A DNA stretch of 64,000 nucleotides from Macrostomum lignano. Its lineage: Eukaryota. The notes under the pieces were generated by a model. The model had not been told where the DNA came from. It saw only the letters and a program-made list of their open reading frames with translations, and searched no databases. The stretch spans positions 206,792 to 270,791 of the forward strand of contig NIVC01000504.1 in the NCBI GenBank assembly GCA_002269645.1. The letters run 5' to 3'. The position numbers were made by a program, and so were the translations under genes. Shown piece by piece: positions 51,701 to 62,234 of the stretch (the first letter of the stretch is position 1; each line of letters starts with the position of its first letter).

Positions 51701-52080
51701 GTGCACTGGTAGGTAGTTGCTCGTCTTCCTTCCGCAATGCCCCGACTACCCACCGATCTGCCCGGTCGCTGCCCTCGCCACTCATCTGTGTGAGAACCAG
51801 TTTGTCGAGCAGCAACAGCCTCTCTTCGCTGTCCTGGGCGCCCACAGAGTCCCGTTGGCTGCCTCGACCTTCATCCGCCTGCTTAAGCGGGGCCTGTCAA
51901 TATGCGGCATCCCTGAGGAAAACTTCTCAGGCCACAGTCTGCGCAGGGGCGGAGTCAGCGCCGCTACGCTGCCTTGGTGACTGGCACTCCGACTTCGTCT
52001 TCTTCTATTTCTCGGACGAGGTTAACCCTCCTGCGCTTCTCTTTCTCTCTTTGCTGGCCTTAGAGTCTTAGCTTAGAAAC
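48750..52080 (+). mobile_element. Decayed Ngaro/DIRS-group YR retrotransposon (gag Zn finger, RT, RNase H, tyrosine recombinase)
   Basis: CLSFNSPAGC..CRYRHVC..C..PHP (~49230-49330); DPDEKFLRKGLHNGFRL; GSVRMILDLS; KVDLKQAY; RLPFG; YLDD; YSDSTAA..HLPG; same-strand overlapping YR with GVLRLG, GKSKT, CPVAAL, GHSLRRGG. Several stops and frameshifts; ends approximate. Confidence 0.88.
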
Positions 52081-52189
52081 TCCCTGCGCCTATTCGACTG
52101 ATGCATGATTGATATTTATTCATCAGCAGCATATTAGGGTCTGTACACGAGCCTGGATTAGCGGGGATTTTCTCTGAGGTTCAACCGAG

Positions 52190-52635
52190 CGCATTAGACA
52201 TTACACACCAATTAATTGAGTGTGTGAAGCATGAAGTGAGAAATACGTACCCGAAAAGCAGCAAAAATACAGCGTTAAATTGATTATACAAGAATATTAT
52301 TTCCATATACATTTGGTGTCCAAAATTATTCTGTTTCTCGCACTTCTTGATTGTTACAAATTGATGCCTCCTAAACACAATCTTTTCGCACCAAATCCGA
52401 CAGCAGCCGTCCTTGTAAGCTAAAAGTACCAATTAAATTCTTGAAGTTTTAATAAGTGACTGTCGCTCCAAATTATCGTTGCCACTGACCGGATAGGGAA
52501 GATCGACCATTGGCTGGTGGTTAGAGTTCGTATCCTGGCCGATGCAGTCATAGTTTTCCTCTTCGAGTTCCATCATTCGCTTAGACAGCTTAACTTTCAC
52601 GATGCCGTAAAACAAAATCATCATGTTTATTTCAG
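52190..52635 (-). pseudogene. 3' fragment (last TM, tail and 3'UTR) of an SLC15-like paralogue close to copy 2
   Basis: MMILFYGIVKVKLSKRMMELEEENYDCIGQDTNSNH versus copy 2 MMILFYGIVNVKLSKRMVELEVEESYDSIGQDTDSNH; homology stops at ~52635. Confidence 0.85.
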
Positions 52636-52649
52636 GATTGTATTTCAGG

Positions 52650-53850
52650 ATTACTGCATCAATTAAAATTAGGAGACTGTGGTTTTCTTGCTGGCTGTTT
52701 TGAGATGGGGCCCGTCCCTGGCCAGGTGCCGGCTCGCTGCATACTGCGACAATGAGACGGCGTGTTGGATTCTAAGGCGAGGTGTCCTCAAGGACTCGCG
52801 GCTGATGTGACTGCTGCAGTCTGTTGCGTTGCTCTGTCTGCGTTTTGACGTGGACTTTGAGGTCATTCACGTTCCTGGTGCCTATCAGCTGTTTGCCAAT
52901 GCAGGGTCCCGCCTGCACTCATGTCATGAATTGCTTAATCTTATTTTCCGTGTTTATGGCTCTGTGCAAATTTGCCCTGCGGAGTTTTCGGATCACGCGT
53001 TTTCTGTCTTTGCCTCCCGTTTTTTATTTTCACTAGCCGCCTTCCGGCAACGCCGACCCTCGGCGCCGCCACCTCCGGCCTCCTCGCCGCAGCATACGCA
53101 CCGCAGTCACGCAGGGCGATCTCATCGGCCGTCCGGTCCTGGCACAGCTAATGAAACGAGACGAGAGCGGGACCAAACTAGCTCGATCCGACCAATCGGT
53201 GCTACTCAACTACCTGGCTCACCTGGTAGAATGCCGCCTGAGATCGCTCAACAGTCTGCATTTCCACGTCAGTGCACTGTCTAGCTGGTTCAAAGCCTGT
53301 GGTGCTGAGGACCTAACAAGACACCACCTGCTCTCACTGCTCATTCGCGGCGCTAGACGGAAGATGGGCCAGCGACCAAGACGGAAGCTGCGGATCTCGC
53401 CTGCGATGTTGCTGCTTGTGAAGAACCGGCTCAATTCGAGCAGTTTGCTTGATAGAGTCTGCTGGCTTGTGACGCTGATTGGTTGTTGGGGGATGTTTCG
53501 GCGCTCCAGTCTCCTGCCCAGCCAGCAGTCCGCTTCACCGATCTCTGTCTCAGCCTTTCAACGCCCCCCGAAGGCGGTTGTGTTCTCCGTCAGTTACATG
53601 TATGGCAAGACGAACCAGTTCGGCGCGATCAGAGGCTGCACCGAGTGTTGTTTCCAAGACTGAAAGAAGGACATCCGCGTTGCCCGTCGGTCGCGCTAGA
53701 GAGTCACCTCGGTGCCAACAAGCTTGGTGGCAGGCAACCTATGTTTTCCTATCAGTTGGCGAACAAAGTTTTGCTTCGGGTGCATCACCTAGCTTTTCGT
53801 TGCCTTGCCCTCGTCACATCCGGTTTGTCTTTGCCTCCCCTTCACTAATG
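52650..53850 (+). mobile_element. Second Ngaro/DIRS fragment (RNase H end plus tyrosine recombinase), truncated
   Basis: DFEVIHVPG..ANAGSR; ORF 53151-53663 with LLNYLAHL, HVSALSSWF, GARR, GCWGMFRRSSL, GKTNQFG; CPSVAL in a shifted frame. Confidence 0.8.
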
Positions 53851-54847
53851 CATCGGTTTGCGCGAGCCCGCGGGGGGGGGGGTGTTTGAGTGTTGGCTGT
53901 CTGGTAGGATTGTGGGTGCGTTGTACATGCAGTGTGTCTATTTAGGCTGCCAACTTTGTGACCACAATTTTTCTCACAATTTTATAAATTTGAAATCCTG
54001 TCTAATCGTTTTTCTCAACAATACACGAAAGAAATACTATCGACTGACTTTGGGTACATCGCCTTGCTTTTCGTTGCCTCGCCGCTGCCACACTCGGTTT
54101 TTCTTCTCCTCTCCATCACTAATTAGCTCGTAGAAGTTATATTCATCCTAAAGTCTGACAAAAAATATTCATATTACAAGAAAATAGCGAAACAATATGA
54201 TCACACGAATAACTTGGTCTACTAAGCTCAACAGTTGTAAACTATGGGAGATCTATTGACATTTCTGTCGTATCGCGTGACTCAGCGGGTGTACATTGAG
54301 TACATTCGCTGTTTTATTTTATCGATTGACTGACAATGCTTCATTGAGCGTGACTAGTGTGTGCGTTCTTTTAAAACCTTTGTGCTTTTATGCATCAATT
54401 ATTCTTACGTTCGCTTGTATCAAAAATATAAAAGTCGTCTAGAGAGCTCAGAGCTCAATACTTTTTGATTTCTCGCACTAACCACAATAGAGATGTTTTA
54501 ATTTCTATTTATATTTCCGAGGCATTCTGAGAAACATTAGAAACATTCTTAGAAAAATTTTCACAGGATAACGAAAAAAGATGCTCCTAAAAATCATAAA
54601 ATATTCTAAAAAGCCGGAACCCATTTCCAGTCGCCAAAACTATTCGCCGTAGCTCGCCAAAAAGGTATTCTAATAAGAAAAGCAAACTCATTTGAATTTC
54701 ATACATGCTGCATCTAAATGCAATACAATTTGTACAAGTTAATGATGTGTTGAGAGTTCAAATTTCTTGAATTATTGTGTTATAGAGTATCATTAGAAGA
54801 CTTCACTGACGTTATATTGAAATTGATTGTTGGCATTTGCAGAGATT

Positions 54848-56476
54848 TTAAACCGAATTGATCGGCATACATCGGCATTGTTGCGTATCCACTCTTCGTC
54901 CAGACGAATACGACTCTTCTTTTGGTAGTAAAAGCTGACCTTCATCGCCCGAAACGGCACTAGCACAGCTCGTGGGTCCGACTTCACTATTTTGTCTGTA
55001 GCTTTCTGCTCTCGCCTCTTCAAAGTCGACGTCATGTCCGTCGCTTTCATCGTCAACTACTCTATCAGCCGCCATGTAGTCGCAATCATCATCAACTTCT
55101 GACAAACGCTTTACTAGTTGGACGCAAAAACAGCGATAATAAAGCATAGCCAGCGCTAACTCGACAAACATCACCGCATAAACGATACGAAGATCATTCG
55201 ACTTTCCGTTCACTTGCGGGATGATAGGTCGATCTCTAGGGAACTTTGACATAATAAGTATTTTTAAACCAGTAATGAAGCCGCTGATCGCCCAGACTGC
55301 AGACAGCAGACCCATGACAAAGCTTTTACTTGCAGCTTGTGCCACTCGGTACATCAGCTCGTAACCTGCAGCCAGTGCTAGAGCGTTGCTAATACCATAT
55401 AGTACCGATGCGGTTCCGTAAACAGTGTGAATTAGTCGAGAGTCTAGAGGAGCCAAGCTTCTGACCCCTGCCCAGCTGTTCCAAACTATCATCGCACCGT
55501 TACAAAGTAATAATAGGGTAACTCCTGAGTAAAAGCGAGCATTAATGTGGCCTCGATCCTTGTTTTGTAAACAGCCGAGGGAATAGAACACGGTTAATAG
55601 ACCGAAGGTAGCTAGTGTTGCTATGTTGTAGCCCACAAACACTTCTGCGCAACTGGTGTGAGTAGTGTGTTTTTTCGTGCAATTTAGGTAGTAGTTAATC
55701 TCAAAGCAATAGTGGAAACCACGTACGCCCATACAATTGTTTACTAAGAGCACAAGAGGTGTCAGCAGTAGGAAGTAGCGCAACAGCCGAGTCTTTGTCG
55801 GAAATTGAAATCCATCGACAAGCTGATGTTGAAAGCGACGTTGGTAGCTTCTCCAGTCGAGTCGAAGACGCAGAGAGAACACAATATAAACCAGCGGTGA
55901 GATGCAGAGGATCCAAGTAAGATTAATGTAATGCCGCGTCAGCTTTATTAGCGTACCGATCAGCTCACCGAGCGACGCCGACGCGTAGTACGCAATCAAT
56001 CCAGGTGTTGGACTGCCGAGGTCGCCGTCCGAGATTTTCATAAACGATGCAATCATAAGTCCGAAACTGATGCCGTTCGCTAAGCAGTTTGGTACCAGAC
56101 CGATAACGTACACTAGCTTGATGCAAATAACGCCAGCCATCTCCATTGCAGTAGTGTACACACCTGCCAATAATAAAATTACTCCGGATATGCGCAGAAG
56201 GCGAAGCTCTCCAAACCACTTGTCAGCAATTAAACCACTTAGCGCGGTCAACAAAAATTCAACTAAGTATACAGGTATGTTAACAAAGTTTGAGAACTCG
56301 TCGCCTTCACCATGAAAGTAGCATTTTCCTGTTTTATCGTCAAAAAAATAATCGGAGATGTGGATATCTCTGAAAATATTGAAACTGATTGATAGACACA
56401 GTCGCATGATAAACAAATTAGTTATTGTGCGGATCCAGGCCAACGATTTACTGTTAACAAGTTCTTCAGAAGACAT
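54848..56476 (-). CDS. SLC15/POT-like MFS membrane protein, copy 3, single coding exon, ~542 aa
   Basis: Uninterrupted ORF; likely start MSSEELV at 56476 after the acceptor ttttttcag|agATG; near-identical to copy 1 over most of its length. Confidence 0.78.
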   Translation of the reverse strand: MSSEELVNSKSLAWIRTITNLFIMRLCLSISFNIFRDIHISDYFFDDKTGKCYFHGEGDEFSNFVNIPVYLVEFLLTALSGLIADKWFGELRLLRISGVILLLAGVYTTAMEMAGVICIKLVYVIGLVPNCLANGISFGLMIASFMKISDGDLGSPTPGLIAYYASASLGELIGTLIKLTRHYINLTWILCISPLVYIVFSLRLRLDWRSYQRRFQHQLVDGFQFPTKTRLLRYFLLLTPLVLLVNNCMGVRGFHYCFEINYYLNCTKKHTTHTSCAEVFVGYNIATLATFGLLTVFYSLGCLQNKDRGHINARFYSGVTLLLLCNGAMIVWNSWAGVRSLAPLDSRLIHTVYGTASVLYGISNALALAAGYELMYRVAQAASKSFVMGLLSAVWAISGFITGLKILIMSKFPRDRPIIPQVNGKSNDLRIVYAVMFVELALAMLYYRCFCVQLVKRLSEVDDDCDYMAADRVVDDESDGHDVDFEEARAESYRQNSEVGPTSCASAVSGDEGQLLLPKEESYSSGRRVDTQQCRCMPINSV

Positions 56477-57724
56477 CTCTGAAAAAAGAAAATAATGATG
56501 ATTTGATTGATGTACGTACATGTAAAGAACGTAGGTAGCGACAAAAAAATTAAAATAAATTCTGAAACTTCGTACATCTCACCGTTAGTAGTTTTTTAAT
56601 TTGATTATCAATAGTAGGCAGTAATTATGTGCGCTTCTGATTTCATGCCAGACTTCTACAAAGACTTATATAGGGCTCATTTTCGCTACATGAAGTTATA
56701 TAGATGTTGACTAGCATTAAATACAGCTGCACCGTTTATCTTCTGTACCGATTAGATTAGGCAAGTATATGGCAGACCAAACAACTGCGGTTGTATAGAG
56801 ATGAAAATTTATATACGTGCAATATCAGCTAGGGTGGTATTTTTGCCATTTCGAAACTTTTGCAATGCTTAAATTTATAAATACTACTGTAATCCGTATT
56901 TTTATGCGTTTACAGGAGGCCAGATAATTTTTTTAAAATAATAAACATTTACATGCACATAACATAGCTGCCGTTGCATTTTAATCTACAGCAAGATTAA
57001 TCAATAATAACACATAGGATGCTATTTTTGAAAACAAGATACGAAATAGCTGTGCTAACTTTAGTCACTAGCTTATCTTACCTGTACATTCAATTGTCAG
57101 TATCGGCATGAGTATCATTTCGGCTGAACGTCGGTGCAATGTAAAACAACAATTTTACAGCGAAGTTGAACACATCGACCGAAGCCGCTGACATTGAATA
57201 GCTGTACGGCGAAATGCTGTACATTTGTAAATCATTTGTAATATTATATTAAAAAATGCTATGTATGAGATCTTCATAGCTTAAGTTTTAACAGTTTAAT
57301 TATAGTAAAGTAAGGCCTTGGGTTATATTTTTCCTTCTAGACGATAGCAAAGACAAGTACTGGCGCCTATACGTGTAGTATAATAGCTTATCTACAGAAA
57401 CTAGGCACCAGTTGGAGCAGATGATGTAAATCTTTGAAGGATAAGCTCTATTGACTACTATGGGTTCCTAAACGTACTGTAAAAATCAGCTAACTTTGTA
57501 TTACTTAAATTTCTTGTATGTAACTATGCGTTCTGTGAATTCATGACACACAATTCATGCTTAATTAGTGAATATCAGAATTTATTTTACGATTGATAAA
57601 TTCAATACGATTGTCGGTAAAATTATCGAGAAAATGTGGTGGTAGTTTCTTTTCTAATGGTTATAAAAAATTCTTGATAAACTTTTTTAGCTTGAGATTT
57701 ATATTCATGAGCCTGAGCCTGAGA

Positions 57725-59450
57725 GCCTGAGTATGGACAGTCAGCTTTGCCTCGCGAGCACTGTCCGACACCGAGCGCCGCTACTCTGCGTCGGAAAAGG
57801 ATGCTGTGGCTTGCTTCTGGAGCTCCGAGCATTGGCACCTGTTGCTTTACGGTCGGAAGTTCAAGCTTCTCACCGACCATCAAGCGCTGTAGACCCTGCT
57901 GTCACCTCGAGGAGTCAGCCAACGACCTCTTTGGCTTCAGCGCAGGTGCCAGCGACTCTTCGTCTACGACTTCGACATCGAGTACGTCCCCGGAAAGCTC
58001 AACGTAAAGCCCGACTTTCTGTCTCGCTACGGCTACGACGGCAAGAGCGTAGCCAACGAGTCCAACGAGCAGCACCAGAGCGAGTCCGACATCAACCTGG
58101 TGCTGGCCAGAAGCGCCGAGCCGATCTCAGTCACTCAACTGGCCGATGCAACCAAGAGCGACAACCAACTGCAGCGAGTCATCGGGTACCTCCATCAACC
58201 GATGGCCAGCCGAAGTTCCAACCGACCTGAAGGGCTTCTACCAGGTGCAACACTAGCTATTTCTGTAGAACGATGGTTACTGCCTGACGAGAGGCGGCCG
58301 AGCCATCATCCCGACTGACCTCCGCGACCTTGTGCTGGCAGAGGCGCATTAAGGACATCTAGGCGTCGCCAAGGTCAATTCACGGTGCTGCGATACGGTC
58401 TGGTGGCCGGGAATTGACAGCGACGTGAAGGCCTTCGTGGGGAGTGGGGAACTGCAGCGCCTGCGTCCTGTCTGAGAAGGCGTTCAAGCAGATCAAGGTC
58501 CCATGGTCAGCGACGGAGCTACCGGCAGGTCTATGGCGGCAGCTGCAAGTCGATATCGTTGGAGAGCTGCCGGAAGCCAATGTGCCGCAGTCCCATCGAT
58601 TTTTCATCGTCGTTCTCGGTCTCTACTCCAAGTGGCCTGAGATCATCGCATCTTCATCCGTGACTTCCACTGCCTCCCTTCGCAGCCTGTTCGTCCGCTG
58701 GGGGCTTCCAGACGAAATTACCACGGACAACAGACCTCAGTTTGTGTCGACCGAGTTCACAGACTTCCTCAGCTCGCTCAGCATCAAGCACCATCGCACT
58801 CCGTTCTACTGCTCACGGCAGAATGGCGGAGTCGAGAAGTTCAATGGCTTCATCAAGACCTCACTGCGCGCACTACACGCCGACGGTGTGCCAGTGAAGC
58901 AGGCGGTTCAGGAGCTGCTGCTAGCGTATCGATCATCTGAGCACGCGCTGACCAAGAAGTCTCCGGCTGAACTGATGCTGGGACGGAAGCTCCGCCTGCC
59001 TCTCAGTCGTCTTCAACCAGCAAGCACCGAGTCAACGACGGACCAGGAGCTGCGGCGTAGCGTCACGGAGCGACAGCAGCAGGCCAAGAGCCGCCGCCGG
59101 ATGCGCAAGCAGAACCAGCCACTGACGGACGCAGCGTTGACTGTCGAGAGCCGCGTCCGCCGGCCGAGCCGTGGAAAGCCCAGCAGTGGCGTCTCCGAGC
59201 CTGTCGCGAGGGCAACACAATCACTCTGATCGATGGCAGTCGCTGGTACATCAGCCGCTGCATCCTGGATGACCACCACGGCTGGAGTGACGGGCCGACG
59301 ACACAGAGGCTCCGGGAAAGCTGGACGGCGGACAACCAGAGGCGGTTCAGCCAACGCCACCGCTGCACGCTCTGAGAGACTTCGTGCACCGCCTGAATGA
59401 TTCGGCGACGTTGTGACTCATGATTGACTGACTTGACTGACTGCTCATGC
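57725..59450 (+). mobile_element. Ty3/Gypsy pol fragment (RNase H plus integrase), decayed
   Basis: FASRALSDTERRYSASEK, LTDHQAL, FDIEYVPGKLN..DFLSR; Zn finger AH.GHLG..WWPG..C..C; LQVDIVG, ITTDNRPQF, QNGGVEKFN; in-frame stops and shifts. Confidence 0.92.
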
Positions 59451-62234
59451 ACCGAAAAATGTTCCATTGACATTGCTTGCTTTAATGCGTTGGCTTATCC
59501 CACCCCGTAATCTGTCATCTCTTTGCACGGGTGGATGATTTTGTGAATGTGCATGCTCAATGACAATATGTAATTTACGCGCACTGATGTACATCTACGA
59601 GTATCAGTCAAATAATATATATATATTGACTAGCTCACTAGCTGAGAGCTACCTCTGCTCTCCTCTCCTTCGTCTCAAGTGAATTGATTTTATTCATTTG
59701 GCCAGCGGCCACAACAGTGGCGCTTTCAGCATCCCCATTGGTGCTGAAGACTTACGCTCTATGTGCGCTGAGACATGACTTCCAGTTTCAAGCTTTGCTG
59801 AGATGCTGGTAGATGCTACTGTTTCTGCTTCGCTTCTTTGGCCATACAGTACAGAATTTGATGCACGATTCCAAGCATAATGCGAGTATACGATTACAGA
59901 TAATACATATACTACGGGCTGACCCAACAAACCATTTTATCGGACAGGAAGAACTCTAAGAACTCTATAAGAACTCTTGTGCCTTCACATCAGTGCTGAA
60001 AGTCCGGCCTCATAAAAATATCTCTTCAGTGAAGTCTTTGTAGCTTGAATGAACCTCGCAGTTTGTCCACTTCATCCTAATTTTACTGGAAGTGGTGGAA
60101 CAGCGTAAATATCTCACAATTTGTGAGAAAAGGAGCTACGTAACCTTGCCTTAAATCGCTCAGAGAGCATAAAATGGGAAAACCCCATGATGTCATGATT
60201 AGAATCAGAAGATGTGCGCACTTTTGGAAGTTGTCTGGAAGAGGCGCGGCACTCGTAAAATAGTCTGGCATGAGCGCGCACTATTAGTAGGGTCAAGACT
60301 GGCTTGAGGAAAGCAACCAGAGTTGTTCTGATGGCCAGCTCTTTTAGTCGTTGTATTGAATTTGAAATAGAGACGTCGATCTATTTTCCAAATAAGATGC
60401 CTGCGGCTGCGTCAGCGGTGTAAAGGTGCTTCATACAACAACAAAATAAAAAAAAAACGCGTATTAAGGCAGTCACGCGAGTCATGAGAGGCAAAAACAA
60501 CGTCACAGGGCGTTGATGGAATCATGGAATTCATGGAATTCATGGAATCGAATATTGAGCACTGCTGACTTTGGCTGCTGTCATTTGCCTGTGAATATTT
60601 CAAGAGTGGTGATCAGTAACTCAAAATTCCCACTTCCAGACCGTGAGTCTGGGAACAGAATTTAGTGTTCACTTACTATAGCGGGCTCCTCTTCAATTGT
60701 AATTCAAGCTGCAGTCGCGCACTGAGGGTACTCCTTGTCGATTCTGAAGTCGGCCGAATACGAGAGCAACTTTAATAATCGTAACAGTTTAATCCGCCGC
60801 CATTAAAGTGTTCCTTGTGATTAGTAATCAAAATCGTAGATGCGTCCTAATAATCAGTTTATAATAATATCAAGGTCCTCCGGAAAGGGGCGTCTTCATC
60901 TAGAAAAATCGGAATCGGAGTCGTGTGCCCTTATCTGTTAATCTAGGGTACCAAAATCAATCAAATCAATAATCGTCTAAGAGTGTCTGAATCGATCCCG
61001 TGGATCCCATCCAATCCCTTAGGAATAGGGAGGCCTCAAATTCAATTACTGAGTAGAAATAAACTTATCAATAACGGCCGGCAATGACTCAAGCTCTCGA
61101 TAATCAAATAACAAAGATGACGTCGAAGGCTTACCGATCGGTATGACTTTCCCTCGGAGATACACTGTATGGTCCTGATTGACTCGTCAGGTCGCTCTGA
61201 GTCTAGAGAAACTGCTTTGAGTCTCTTTGGGCCTCTCGAGTCTGAGATTTCAGCTCGGATTTTTGGCTCGTATTTATAGGTGAATCTTGCGAGAATAAGG
61301 TCATTTTTCGAGGAGGTGACGAGTTCAATTTTTTGGAATTTGACCATTTGACAGTTGAATCGAAATCAAGCGAATACAATAGATCTCCGGGCATTATTTA
61401 CCTTTTGGGGTCGTGATTCGTTGTATATATTTGAGGTAATATTCATTGGTTCATCTCTTGCGTTATAAATAGTATAGTATCATGCATGATTCAAGCTTTT
61501 AAATTCTACTCCAGTATTAGTCTTACTCTACTTACAGTAGCATTTTATGCACGTGTCTTTCTATACCTGCGTGCTTGTGCATAGCATAAGACTATTATAG
61601 ATGGACTTCAGTCTACTATAGCTGGTTTTGGTGGCACAGCCGCAAAGTTCGTGTTCGCTTTTTTAGGGCAATTCAACCGACTGAAGTATTGTAAATCATG
61701 CTTTTGTAGCTCGTACTTGAAAGCAATGCTTTGAAAAAAAGTGCCGAGCGCACATCTAATACGATCTCTGCGGGCTTCTTGCTTACTGTTTAAAATTCCA
61801 CAATAGAGACATTAATATCATTTGGCAGCAGTCAACTACTGTTCAGACTGTGACTAGGAAGCTCCCGCCTAGAACCTCTTGGCCTCTCGCTGAACAACAC
61901 GTCGTTACCGTGCCATCGAGAACGCAAAAAACGAAGTTGATAAAATGCGATTGAAGTTTTTTATACGCTTGTATCGTTGTTGATAATGTCTCGAATAACA
62001 TAAAAATGTATTAATGTGTCTAAGCAGCACTTTAGGAGACACGAGCCTATTATCATACCATCTAGAATCTAGAATCTAAAGTCATTTAGACTAATGAAGC
62101 AAGTTTTAGAAAACCAGAAAAAACGATCAAAATTACAAAGTTGGAAATAAGACATCGTGTGGTTAAAGTTATGTACGTCCTGCTTATTACTGTCAGATTG
62201 TAAGTCAAACTTGTCTCGAATGCCACAACTGAAC

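Noticed and set aside
59460-59700. Possible 3' LTR of the Gypsy fragment (TG...CA)
   Set aside because: No polypurine tract and no second LTR in the window to confirm it.
59694-60680. Possible fifth decayed membrane-protein gene (short ORFs, acceptor and gtaagt donor on the minus strand)
   Set aside because: The fragments could not be aligned by eye to the SLC15-like paralogues or to any known family.
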